NCBI RefSeq assembly: GCF_009914755.1
Contig: NC_060932.1
Reading direction: 5' to 3' (one strand)
DNA from: the human T2T-CHM13v2.0 reference genome, Homo sapiens
DNA length: 64,000 nucleotides
The translations under genes were made by a program, and so were the position numbers. The notes under the pieces are model-generated. The model saw only the letters and a list, made by a program, of their open reading frames with translations. It was not told the origin of the DNA and ran no database searches. Below, piece after piece: positions 1 to 13,860 of the stretch; position 1 is the first letter of the stretch, and each line of letters begins with the position of its first letter.

Positions 1-754
1 TACATCTATTAAATGTAAGCTCTCTCTGATAGCATTATGATGAGGAAAAAATGAAAGCATGTGTCTGAAGTATCTGGTACAGAGGCCAGCACATACTGGT
101 TGCCCAATAAATACGAGTTTCTTTCCCTTTTACTACTCTAACAATTTCTCGTTTGTATTTTCTGCTCCTGAGCTCTGTGTCTTGAAAAGTTCTGTTGGCA
201 TACACGTTGGACTTGATTGCTTACATTAAAATTATCTATTCTTGTCTCTATTTTGTATTAATGAATACAATTAATCTGATTACAAGTATAAAACTATCAG
301 TCAGGTTTCTAAAAAGTTATTAAAACATATATGTATTACCTGCTTCCCACATTCCAGTGCCAGGCTCTGTAGAAACAATAATGAATAATACAGCTATTGC
401 CCTAAAGAGGCTTCACCAATCCTGTCTGTGGTTCAGCATCACCAGGCAATACCAATTTGTCATCATCATGCTGAATGGGGAGAGGTTTAGAATAATCACA
501 GGAGAACGTAAGACCAGCTCCTGGCCCCGTCTTGATGGGTCATGAAAGAACACCGGGTACTATCCTGAGTTGAAATAATTCTAGCTCATAGTTAATCTAT
601 AAAGCCTTATCCAGAGAAATTGGAGATTATCTTTAAGCATTTTGAAATATTAAGCATAGCCTGCTGGCCCCAAATGACATTTTTTTTAATATTTACAAAT
701 TATTAATAAAACTAAAAATTTCCATCCCTTCCCTGGAACCCCAAGCAACCACCG

Positions 755-765
755 ATTATTTATTT

Positions 766-813
<48 letters not shown>

Positions 814-920
814 TTCATTATAGAGATGGAGTCTCACTATGCTGCCCAGGCCGGTCTTGAAGTCCTGGCCCCAAGTGATCCCTCCGCCTCAGCCTCCCAA
901 AATGCTGAGGCCACAGGCAC
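755..920 (-). mobile_element. FLAM/Alu monomer with (TTTA)n tail
   Basis: Reverse Alu left-arm sequence (gagatggagtctcactatgctgcccagg...cctcagcctcccaaaatgctg) preceded by a (TTTA)n run at ~755-815. Confidence 0.9.
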
Positions 921-3118
921 GGATGCAGAGTTTGCAGATGGGCAGCTACCATTTTCGAGTATGCAGTAACTGAGTTTTGTGAGAAGAGCAAAGTGGAAAG
1001 GGAGAATGACTTAATTAGGTCTGTCCTTTAGAAACAGGTCTGCAAAGGCAGTGTTGCAAACTAATCCAAGTGAAAAATCATGGGAGACTTAAATGAAAGC
1101 ATTCCTGGGAATGAAGAAGGCAGATTTAGTAGGATTACTAATGACAGGTTGGATGGAAGATACAAAAGAGAAGAAATCTATATTGCTGTGATCCATTAAG
1201 TCTCATTGTCTACTTTTAACACTTAATGGGGTGGCAGTGTTGTTATTCTAGGCTATCCTTTATGAGGTTGGGGTTCTTCCCTGACAGTTGCTGAGGCTGT
1301 GGGAACAAACGAGTTCATATAGGGAGTGAGTGAGGAGGAAGACTTCAGACGCTCAGGGATTCTACACCATGGAGGAGGCTACGAAGGAGATCCATTTTCT
1401 TCTAAATCATTCTGATAGGCTTCTGGATGGCTTTCGGTCTCTGGCCAGCTGCTGATGGAAAGCTCTCCTCTCTGATGAAGATTAATCATCAAACCCAGGA
1501 GATAATTTTATTCTGCTCTTCTGAGTCATGTTAGATTCCAGAACAATTAACTTTATTTTCCCCAAATCTTGTATCTCTTGGGAATCTTCCAGTAACTTTG
1601 GTTTCCAGTCTACGGAGCTACTTTTGGCAGCTTGTTGTCAAAGAAGTGATAATTCTTAAAGCTTAGAGTGCTAAACTGCAACTCAGTTGAGAATTGAAAC
1701 CTTTCCAGTAAGGGGCTCAGCCCCAGACACCTGGGACTCCTCTTTCTCCTTTCACCCTCAGGTACAGGAGTGTTACATAAAATGGCACTAATCCACTTTT
1801 ACAGTTTTTGTGTTATTAAGCAATACATTAAGATTTAATAACCATAACAAAAGGGTTGTTTTCTCACCAAGCAGTTATTATTTGTTGTACTTCTATTTCT
1901 ACTCATTTACCTTAGGTTTGCTTTAGCGATTTCAATTTAGTAGGTGTCTAATGATATGCCTGTCAATGAAACTTTAGAGATGACTTTCAGTCCTTGGAAT
2001 TTTTTTTTCATAGTTTCAAGAAGCAAGACTTGCGAAGATGATTTGCGTTAAGAGGTTTGTGTGAGTTGAGTGTGGACTTAAATTAAAAGTAACTTAATTT
2101 ACTCAGAGTAGTAGAATCTAGTGCATTTAAATTGGTTGAGAGGTGCAGACTTCGCTTTGGAAGTCACTGTAAATCGATGCCGATAGAGTAAAAAGCATTC
2201 TCTGTTCTCTTGCTGTTCCTTTTTGAAGGGTTCAGAAGGTTGGAAGAGCATCCAAATCAGTATAATCAGACCTATTAGATCCTAGCAAAGAATTTTAAAT
2301 ACATACATCTTTTTGCATATTGATTCTGGCAATTTAACCCTCAGCTTAAAAGCAGAAAGTTGGTTCAAGTGAATACAACATCTCACTCTGCACAATATTA
2401 AGAAATAGATCTACTGAAACTAATAAAAGAATTCCATTGTTGTCTCCTCCATTTAAAAAAATTCTACCTGAAATACTTGTTAGAATTTTTATAAAAGTAG
2501 TATCTCATTTATGTACAAAATAGTTTGTGTAAACTATAAGTAGACAAAGATGTAGGGTTGTATCACTTCTTTGATAAGATACTGATCTTGTATTTTTACC
2601 CAATGCTAGGCTTAATAAAAGGGTCCTGTAAAATTTACTATGAAATCTGTATGCCTCCCTCCAACTTCTTTTCCAACTGAGATTGGAGTATGGCAAAGGA
2701 AATGAAGCATGAAGGGAAAACTAGGAGCTATGATAATCTAAGATTCATAAACAATTATAACATTATTTGCTCACTTTTGATTGTGCAAATGACTAAATCT
2801 TTTAATGAAGCATAATGACCCATCTGACACATATATAACAACACATAATAAAAGATAAAATTAAATTTGTCAAAGCAATATAGACCACCCACTACTAGTA
2901 GATTATGTTTGGGTTTGGATTTTCATATATTTTATCCATATCTGTTTCCTTCTATTGGGACTTTATGGAGGCATTGGTGACTCATGAACTTTGGCAGATC
3001 TTTTTTGGTGTGTCTGAAAGAAAATCCCAAAGCTGGTTACTAAGATGTTTGAAAGTCATATTCTTCTTCAAACCGTGTAGAAATAACTATCAGGAAATAA
3101 GTGGTTATAATTTTAAAA

Positions 3119-3327
3119 TGGCATGTTTAGGGAAGAGAATATATAAGTTTGAAAAACCGCAGTCTCCTCCAATACATTTCTACCTATTACTAACAGGGTC
3201 AAAATTGTCTACAGAAAACAACCTGATCTCAATTTCCTCAGACAATTCAGCTAGTAAAATGGTGTGACTGACCTAGAGTTACGGAGATAACTCCTACTGC
3301 TGAGCTCTCTCAACAAGTGACACCCTG
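3119..3327 (+). repeat. Left arm of ~209-bp inverted repeat
   Basis: Hand alignment to the reverse complement of 4791-4999 gives 15 substitutions and 2 single-base indels (~92%), including 50 consecutive identical bases (tgactgacctag...ctctctcaac). Confidence 0.97.
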
Positions 3328-4084
3328 GTTGACAAACAATCACACATTATTTATTAAACTTCTATTTAATAACAGGAGTTATGGAGTTAGCAATGTTAAG
3401 TGAAGAGTCCTTGTTTTCAAACTTTGCAAATTACAGTTAGTAACTAATAAACTAATTAATGTCCTTTATGAAGAGATGCTCAGTGATGGCCTGAAAAATC
3501 CCTAAAGGAGATAGGGAGAGAATTGAAGTATGGAATAAAATGACCTATATGGGACCTTCAAACTTGGAGTTTTCTATATTTTCAAAAATTACTTTTGCTG
3601 TCATTTAATGTCCAAATCCAATCCCTTGTCTAGGGAACCAGTTCGGATTAAACAAAATTTCAAAAATACACAAGCAATCAATATCTAATTCATTTAAGTC
3701 CTGTTTCTTCCCAGGACTGCTGGGTATAAGCCTAGAGTTGCCTGCCATTTCTCTTATATTCAAACACTTTGGGAAAGGAGCCATTTTTTTAGATCTATTT
3801 TCTCCCTGAAGCTTGGGAGCTATATCTATATAAAATGAGATGACATACTAGGGCTAGCGTACTAAAACCTTTTCTAAGAGAATCAATATAGCTTTGAGAA
3901 GCCTCATTTATATTTAAAGGAGAAAAGAGACATAAGTAGAAGTGGACATAACGTATCATGTAGACATTGAAAAATACCAGAAATGATTTAAAAGTGACTG
4001 CGTGTTCTCATATTCCCAGTGCCTTGTAATTTGACTTGGAGGGATGTTCTAGATCTCCATTGAATGTGCTCACTGAGATTTGTC

Positions 4085-4290
4085 TTTGTCGTATTGATTA
4101 CAATCATCTGTCAATGCCCTCAATATTTTCTGTACTGACCAACAGCGACACAGATCATAGGCTGTAACTAGTACAGGCTGTGCCAATGAAACAATAGGGC
4201 TAATTAGCAGACATGAAAATGAATCACTGATTTAATTTTCCTCCTGGTCTAATCAACACAATGTGTCAGCTAAATATTTTGATCCATTAT
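4085..4290. promoter_or_regulatory. Candidate developmental enhancer (motif cluster in unique sequence)
   Basis: CTGTCA (4108), CCAAT (4183), SOX-type AACAATAG (4190), palindromic homeodomain CTAATTAG (4200), plus further TAAT and TGTCA cores. Motif evidence only. Confidence 0.35.
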
Positions 4291-4790
4291 TTCAAGTGAA
4301 TAGAATGTGCTTTTATATTATCATTTCAATTTCATTACCTTGAATATTGGAATTTTTGATTTTTGGATACATCAGTGTCCAGTCAGTATCCAGTGATTTT
4401 TAGATACATTTTGGATACATCAGCCTTAGCATACATCAGTGCCTACGGGTATAAGGCACTGATATGTTAATAAACATATTAACAGTTTGTAAGCCAATGA
4501 AACCTATAATTATTGCATAATTTAAATTAACTTGTGTACAAAATGCCATAATATTTCCACATACGTGGTGGCTTTCAAAATCAAAATAAGGTGAGCCTAT
4601 TTCAATTTATGACAGACAATTGTATATCTCCTCTCTTTTCTTTGCCAAAGAAGCCCTTTATTTCATCCTCACAGGTGTTATACTTGTCTCCTTTCTGCTT
4701 GGTGAAACAATCACGGTTTGTAATTTCACTTTCTGACCATCAAATACGATAAAATGAAACAGTTTGTGCTTTTCTTGTACTTTCCGCTAT

Positions 4791-4999
4791 CAGGGGTTAC
4801 TGGTTGAGAGAGCTCAGCAGTAGGAGTTATCTCCGTAACTCTAGGTCAGTCATGCCATTTTAATAGGTGAATTGTCTGAGGAAATTGAGATCAGGCTGTT
4901 TTCTGTAGGCAAGTTTGATCCTGTTGGTAACAGGTAGAAAATGTATTGGAGGAGACTGAGGTTTTTCAAACCTACATATTCTCTTCCCTAAACATGCCA
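4791..4999 (-). repeat. Right arm of ~209-bp inverted repeat
   Basis: Reverse complement of 3119-3327; the spacer is 3328-4790. Confidence 0.97.
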
Positions 5000-5372
5000 C
5001 TGGCTGGCTGGGATGCTACCTTATAAATGTGAGGTAGATGACACCAGTCTGTAACTCTAGACTTCTGTCATGGATAGCAGGATAACTTAGACTGAGAGCT
5101 GTCTGTCTTCCCAGCCCACATGGCCACAGGATCAGAGCAGGTCATGGTGAAGCAGAGGAGAAACAGCTGCAAAGCAGAGAAGAAAGTCCAATAGGGTAGG
5201 ATGTGATGAATAATGTTGTGAAACAGACAGCTAGTGCCAGTAAGGCTCCTATATCATAGAAGTCTAGGAAGATACAAGCAAGTGCTGTCATAGACAGATA
5301 AATGAAGTGGACATTGTTTTGAGACAAAAGCAAGCTGGCAATATCAGAGAAGCTTACTATAAAGAGCAAAAT

Positions 5373-5885
<513 letters not shown>

Positions 5886-6109
5886 TGGTGATGAAGCAGG
5901 TCATGAAAGCTCTCTTTATGACACATTTGAATAAAGCAGCATGACAGTGGGACAAAAAGTACACAAGACAAAAGCTCCATCGTTAGGGCCAAAGCATAGG
6001 AACAAACTCAGGCCAGTGATGGAGCAACTTCAGCTGAGATTTTAGCCAAGAGCTTGTTAACATCTTTCCAGTTCCCAGATAGAATTAGTCCTAAGGAATT
6101 ACGAACATT

Positions 6110-6766
6110 GTATTCCATGGTATATATATATATACTACATTTTCTTTATCCTCTAATCAACTGGTGATGGACACTGAGGTTGGTTTCATATACAAGAGCA
6201 GATGTCTTTTATTTTTTTTTTTTGAGACAGAGTCTCACTCTGTCACCCAGGCTGAAGTGCAGTGGTGTGATCTCAGCTCACGGCAATGTCTGCCTCCTAG
6301 GTTCAAGCGATTCTCCTGCCTCAGCTTCCTGAATAGCTGGGATTACAGGTGCACACCACCATACCCAGGTAATTTTTGTATTTTCAGTAGAGATGGAGTT
6401 TCACCATGTTGGCCAGGCTGGTCTTGAATTCCCAACCTCATGTGATCCACCCGCCTTGGCCTCTCAAAGTGCTGGGATTACAGGTGTGAGCCACTGCACC
6501 CAGCCAGATGTCTTTTTTAATATGATGATTTATTTTCTTTTGGATAAATACCCAGTAGTGGTATTGCTAGGTCAATGGTAGCTCTATTTTTAGTTCCTTG
6601 AGATATCTTCATACTGTTTTCTATACGGGTTGAACCAATCCATATTCCCAACAGTGTATAAATGTTCTCTTTTCTCCACATCAACATCTGTTGTTTTTTG
6701 ACTTTTTAATAATAGCTATTCTGACTGGTATAAGAGGTATCTCATGTGGCTTTAAATTGCATTTCC
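6110..6766 (-). mobile_element. L1 (L1PB/L1MA-like) inverted 5' segment, interrupted by an Alu
   Basis: Reverse L1 ORF2-end sequence from gtattccatgg to ttgcatttcc. Confidence 0.9.
6212..6507 (-). mobile_element. AluS inserted in L1
   Basis: Full reverse Alu with TSD agatgtcttttt on both sides. Confidence 0.97.
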
Positions 6767-7100
6767 ATGAAAAAGAATGAAATCATGTCCTTTGCAGCAA
6801 CATGGATGGAGCTGGGAAACATTATCCTATGTGAAATAATTAAGAAGCAGAAAATCAAATATCTCATGTATTCATTTATAAGTGGGAGCTAAACAATGAG
6901 CACATATGCACATAAAGATGGAAATAATAGATACTGGAGACAACAAAAATGGGGAGGGAGAGAAAGCTGAGGATTGAAAGATGATCTATTGGATAAAATC
7001 TTAATTATTTGAGTGTATACGGAGAGCCCAATCTTCACCATTACACAATACACCCATGTAACAAACATGCACATGTACTCCCTGAAACTAAAAAAAAAAG
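6765..7100 (+). mobile_element. L1 3' end with poly(A)
   Basis: aaaaagaatgaaatcatgtcctttgcagcaacatggatgg...cccatgtaacaaacatgcacatgtac followed by an A-tail. Confidence 0.93.
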
Positions 7101-10100
7101 AAACAAGCATTGTGAACTGCTGGATCCCCAAGAAAGGCAGATGACCATAACTAGGAAGAAAAGGAGAAAAAATGTGCAATGTCAAGAAACATTTTTGTAA
7201 CTTATGGTCAATCTTGTGTTTCTGCAACTCACCTACATCTTACCATGTAGAAATTTAGGGATACAAACCACAAAGATTCTGAGGGCCTAATCATCTCTCC
7301 TAGACTTGCTTTTGCATTCTGGAGTAATAATCTGGAAAAGCAATAAGAGTAGGGACATATTTATGATTATTCTTAAAACTGTGTGTAGAAAAATACAAGA
7401 ATATCTACTCCAAAAACCTGCATGAAGACATTTGATAGTTAGCCAAAATTCAAGAGACTCCTAATCTTTGAAAGCTACACATTAGGCTGGTGTATATGTC
7501 CCATTATTTGAAATTGCACCTTTATATATTTGAGACATTTATCCTATTATCCCTAATTACAATTTCCCCACTACAATTCACTGCACAGTGCTTCCTTAGG
7601 GAGCTGCTTAATACATTTCAATCTTAGAAGGTCAAGATTCCCTCAGCCAATTCCAAACTGCATTGTCCCATTGAATAGATGTGGCACATTCTGGATCTAG
7701 TGAGAATAACCTATGTATATTACTTTGAAGTAATACAGGTAGGCCATTATAGCAGAAAGAAGTTGAGTAAATGTTGATATTTAAGAAGGTTCATAAAATA
7801 TTTGAACACAACTGCAATCCATACCCAATTCTCAGTGGTTTTTTTTTATAGACCATGAAATCATAGCTAAAGTCAACTTCGGTTCTGCCCTAACGGAGAG
7901 CCACAAATAACCCTAAACCATAGATAACTCAAATGCATTTTTACTTGGCTTTTGACTGCTTTTTATGATAATTTTCACAGCACATTGCTCTTCTAATTAT
8001 GTTTTGTTTGGGATCATATTAAAACTAACTTGTATTTAGTGATTATGTGCTACCTGATGAGTTAAAGAGGAGCCCTGGGAGTGTATTGAAAAACCAGGCT
8101 GTGGATGGCCTTCAGTACTTTACACAAAGAAAAGCCAAATAGTTAAAAAGGCATTAAAAATGGAAAGGATGTAACTAGTGGGCAAATAGCTCCAGGACCT
8201 CAGTTGCATGAACTTAGTATATCTCTTTCCTCCTCCTTCTCCCCTCCCTCCTCCACGCCCTCTTTCTCCTAGTCTCTATTTCCCCTTTTCCTTATCCTCT
8301 TCCTCCATCTTTTTTATTCTTTCTTGGAGGCATGGAAAGCAACTCAAAAGAAAAGGAGACCTCTATAGTACATCCGCACTCAGCCTTGGATAGTGAGAAG
8401 TACTCAGGTCTGAGTAGCCTCAGACAGTGGAGTCAGAAGCAAGATGAACTGTCAGGGATTATAATAGGAATGGTCAGGGCTGAAAGCAAGGCAATAGGTC
8501 AAAACCTGGCAACAAGGAAAGAGCCCTGGATAAGTAGTTTCCATAAATCCAAGCAAGACAATTTGTTAAGGCTTAGCATGCAATCAGGCATCCAAAATTC
8601 CGTGAAAACCAGAAGGCAGGGTGAGGAAGGAACAGGAACCAGGCAGCAGTTCTGTGCAGTGGCACCAAGTGACAGCAAGAAGGCAGCAGTACTACCAAGG
8701 CAAGATTACACCCAGCCAAAAAACCACCAGTCTGCAGGGCAGCCAATTGACACTCCAGGCAGAGCCATTCAGAGCTGAAGAGAAAGCACTAAAAAAAAGT
8801 GCAGCCACTTCTGTGATTAAAGACAATGCCCATGGTACTAAAGTACCGTCTTGGAGACACTGGTCATAGTTGTTAAAGCTTCCAGCCCTCCCAGAGAACA
8901 TCTCTATGAAAAAAATACTGGTACAGCAGCCCCAGGCCCACCTTCTGGAGGTTCAACTTTTAATTTTAGTTGTTTCAAGTGCTGTGGAAAAGACTAGACC
9001 TGATCCCTCAGTTCTTCATATTGCCTTATGAACACTGGCCAGAAGGGAAGCACATCCCTCCCTTTTGTTAATTTCCTCCAATATTGCTAAGACAAGGAAT
9101 TTCAAAATGTTCAACAAATATTAAGAAACAAAAAAGAAATGAATAAAGAAAATAAGATGGGCAAAAATAAGTATGCCTGCAAAAATAAGTATGCATGAAA
9201 CATAAGTTTTCAAATATCATACACTGACATTGATTAATCATCACTAGCTGTCAGGAGAGAGTGCTGTATTGAGAAGGATTTAGCAACCCAGAATGTCCTA
9301 ACTGGCTTGGCTCATGTCTGCTGTGGGTAAAGGAAAAGCAGGGAGTGCTGACAAGTCTGCTTTGTATTTGCCACCCTTTGCAAATAGGTACTCACCCTAT
9401 TCCCAAAGAGCTAATATAAATTACATATCACTTTATTTGTGTTTGATTTATTACATAATTATTATTAGAATAATTCACATAATTATAACCAGAAGCCCCA
9501 AAAGAGCAGAGACCCTGACTGATTTGTTCCATGGATAACTCCAGCATCTAGAACAGGACATGACATATAGTACCCCTTCAACCAGTAGTTGCCTGACTTT
9601 TCTGCCCTCATTTAATGGATCCTGTCTCTGAACCTGCAGGCATCATCATATACTATCGTAAGTGATTTCCTTAGCTTCCTAAACCCAGGAAGAATCCACA
9701 TTCTATTTCTCATGGTTTTTTTCTATCTGTATAGCAGCATCAAAGTGGGCCCTGGTTTTTAGTTTGAGGGATGTGCCACTTCTGCAACCAGCTGGCATAA
9801 ATGTGGCAATTGACACGATAAGAGAAGCTGTTCTCCCAGCCAGGGAAGAGGCATTACCAATTACAGGCCTATACTATAACTGTGCCTTTAACATCACTTG
9901 CATGTAAGAATGCAGGTCTCTATGTTAGAAGAGTGATATCTGCTCACAGCATCTCATCTCCTCCTCAGCTCTCCCAGCATTTGAGCGCTCTCTCCGCTTC
10001 GTTTTCAACCATGGTAGTCTAATCACTGGCAAACCACCAGTGAGTTGATTGCAGCCCTTTATAATTCCTGTGTAGTGAGATGCCATAATGACTTTTCCAG

Positions 10101-11701
10101 GAGTTTCCACATCATCTGTTTACTCCATGTGACATTCCTTCCATCTGTCTACTTTCAGTTTATTTTACTTTATTTTTTAGTAACTTCATATCGCAGATGA
10201 AAGTACTGTGAAGTTTCTTCTCAAAACCATAATATTTTTGTTACGTTGCATGATAACCTCAGGAAACATGAAATTCTAAGAATTTAATACTAATATCATT
10301 TTGGGATCATTTTTTAAAGCAGTAAAAGACTTTATGTTCATGTTGTCTCACTTTTCAGAGGAATTCATAGCTTTTTATTGATGTAAGCCATTTCATAACC
10401 CTGTCAAGGTGCTTTGAGGAAGAAGTTAACTGATTGAACATCAACAAATCCTGGAATGTTTGATACTAATGATCTCAGAAGGGGCCCTGCCTGATCTACA
10501 TTCCACCTGAGCACTCCTTACCAAATATTGCTCTTGCCTTCCTCTGCAGTGATTGGTTCTGATCACTGTAGAGAAAGCATGGAAGCTCATTTTACAAGGC
10601 TGCATGTGTGTCTGGCTGCTACCTAGATGCATGTCCTTCTTGCACAGGTCAATCCATTCTCTGGTTTTTCTCTCCTTTGCTCTACTCCCTTACACAGAAA
10701 CCTAATTTACCTGTTTCTTTCTTAAGCTCTTCATTTCAGAAAAACTCAATAAGGAAAATTAAAAAACCCCTCCTTTAGGATGTCTCTCTTATTTCTGCCA
10801 GCTTTTTGAAGTATGTGTGCTCTGGGCAGGGGTGGGGACAGGAAGTGTATGTGACAAAGATCAGTCAGACAAAACACTCCTGGCATGATTTCCATTTTAG
10901 AGTTGTGAAACTGAAGAATGGGCAGGTAAACTGATATTTTCTATATGTTGTGAGACCATGATTCACTGATTTGTTTACCTTAATGAAGCATACGTAAAAT
11001 AATTGATAAATTATTTTATCAATAATTTGGTAATTTCCTCTTGGGGCTAATTGAATATAGTGAGTATAATTGAGTATACGGTGGGTGGCTTTCAAGCGTA
11101 TCTTTCCAACTTTCACTATTTTAGTACCCTGGCTAGAAAATGATAATCTGATAGTGAAAATATTAATTCATCCTCTACAAGGTTCTGAAGATACTAACTT
11201 CTCAGTAAATTCAGATATAGATTACAACCATTTTCAGGATATAATAAAGAAGGACTAAAGGTATCTCTTTGGTATGTGGTTCTTTACGGCCACATAAATG
11301 GCTTCCAAGTCTTCATTTCCTTAAGTTCATTTCCTGCTACCCTATGGACATTGCTACCCTCTCCTTCTCTGGGTTACAAATAAATGGTTGATGGCATTTT
11401 AATAACAAAGATTAACCAGGTTGCCATGTTAAGGATAGATGGGAGAAGCAGTTTGGGAAGGTAGCCTAGACAAGGTGATGGTCTTTTCAGGAAGTTCTCA
11501 GGTGTCTACAATAGGTAGCAGAATTGGGCCTGAGCAAAAGTCACATGAGCTTACAGCACCCTGTGCAGTCAAACTCTCAACTTCACTTAAGCTTTTTCTT
11601 TGCTTTGCTTCTGCCCACTCACCTGGCCTGTTACCACCCACTGTTTTAAGCAGCTCTTCAGCTGCACATCTACTGTCCTGCTCTGCCCTGAAATAGGATG
11701 A

Positions 11702-12068
<367 letters not shown>

Positions 12069-12094
12069 TTAACCATTAAAATAGTAAATATGTT

Positions 12095-12430
12095 GCTTAT
12101 TTTTTTTCTTAATTGAACTGTAGTGTCCTTATTGTTTTAAGACTTCATCGTATATTCTGGATACAATTCCTTTATCATATATGTGATCTGTATGCATTTT
12201 TTCCAAGTCTGGCTTTTCATTGTCTCAACTGTGTCTTTCAAAGAGCAAAAATTCTTAATTTTGATGAAGTCTGACTTATCAGTTTTCTTTTTAGTCAATT
12301 TTGCTTTTGCTGTAGTAGCTAGGAAATCTTTGCCTAACACAGTCATAAATATTTTCATTTTTTACATTTTGTGTTTAGGTCTCCCGTGCATTTTAAGTTA
12401 ATATTTTTACATGGTGCAAGGTGTATGGAT
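12095..12430 (-). mobile_element. Old L1 ORF2 fragment
   Basis: Minus-strand translation DFIKIKNFCSLKDTV resembles the L1 ORF2p C-terminal region. Confidence 0.85.
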
Positions 12431-12759
12431 TAAGGTTTGAGAACAGACAGACAGGAATGTCTTTCAGATTTATAAAACGTAAATGCTATATAGTTAAGCA
12501 TTTAATAATCTTTTCTGAAAAGGAAAAAAAAATGCCTACATTTGAAACCATTCTGGAAAATGTAAGATAATGTGGTTTTCCTAACCAACAGTAGTCAGCT
12601 TTTAAATGCAGTACTTTGACTTTATTATCTTATCATTGAGATTCACCATGTTTTTATGTACCACTAAGAAAGAAAAAGAAAAAAACTGATTAAATTGTTT
12701 AAAAAAAAACAAAAACCTTGAAGACAATTTTAGTTACCTCCAGGCTAATCATTTCCTTT

Positions 12760-13860
12760 TTCTTTTCTTTCATCGCCCCTGAAACTCCCCCAAGCATTAT
12801 CCAAGGTGTGGGCTCTTTTTGGTTAGTAAACTTCACTTGTCATCTCCTTTGAGTGTGCTTCCCCACTCTCGTCATCTTCTGCTGGCTTAACTCGAAGCCC
12901 AAATTTCTTACTTGTAGATGGTTAACAAATATTCCACATTCTCTGCATTTTCTTCCTGCATTTGGAACCTGGGTTTCCTTTAAGGACACCAACTCCTTGA
13001 AGTCACACTCCCCCTTTCTCGCACGCATACACACATGCTCAGACAATGAGGGTGGCTATCTGGCAGCTTCCACCTTTCCCACTAGAGTTTTCAAATATTT
13101 GCCACACTATGCCAGTGCCAAAATTTATATAATAATCTATCCTTCAGAGGCTTCTCCCCTTGAGCTGCTCACAATTTACCCCTCCTTCTAACTCACAAGG
13201 AGTTACAAGGCCCTGGAAATGTGCCTCCCTCGACAGCCACAAGTGAAATAGTCACCAGGTTCATGGTCTTACTCGAATCCCTGTCATGCAGGGATTTCTT
13301 CATTTGCTTGGAATGACTCATCAAACAGCCTAGCTTTACAGTTCCTTGACCTCGGCTCTTCCCAGGACTTTTATCTCCATATGTCGACAGGAATCTACTT
13401 TCTTGGCACTTGTTACTAACTGGAACTGTATCTATTATCCTTTCTCAACAAGAACCTCTCATATCTCAGCATCCTTCTAAGGCTCGCTTACTATTTCACC
13501 TCTTCTGTACTTCTAACTTTGAGCCTTTTATTCCCTTCCTATTTGCAAGCTTCCTAGGCTTCATTTTTAGGACCCCAATGTTGATCACTTGAATTTCCCT
13601 TTCACCAGCTCACTGACTCTCTTGGCCTTTCAACTCATCCTTTTTACAAACCCCTGGAGCAGGTCTCTCATCGCCCTTCACCACTCCTGCAGCCAGTCAG
13701 AACAGCTGGTCAAATGAATACAGGAATGGACTCACTCATTCATACCAACGGTGTTCACTTGACCTGCCATAACAGTGTGATTCTACAGGCCCTGCAAGTT
13801 CATGCTGACTGTATATCTCACTCTTCTGCCTCAGAGCTAGAGAAAACAACACTGAAAATG
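12760..13860 (+). mobile_element. Degenerate L2-like ORF2 fragment
   Basis: C/T-rich sequence resembling L2 ORF2 (ctttacagttccttgacctc...); boundaries approximate. Confidence 0.45.

Noticed and set aside
3119-4999. DNA transposon with long terminal inverted repeats
   Set aside because: No TSD at the outer ends, no transposase remnant in the spacer, and no terminal motif that I recognise.
3119-4999. Selection for an RNA stem on one strand of the inverted repeat
   Set aside because: By hand count, of 15 mismatches 6 would be G-U on the plus strand, 4 on the minus strand and 5 neither, so there is no strand bias.
8332-8778. Longest ORF in the track (148 aa)
   Set aside because: No recognisable domain or supporting gene structure; purine-rich sequence that may be an ancient LTR remnant.
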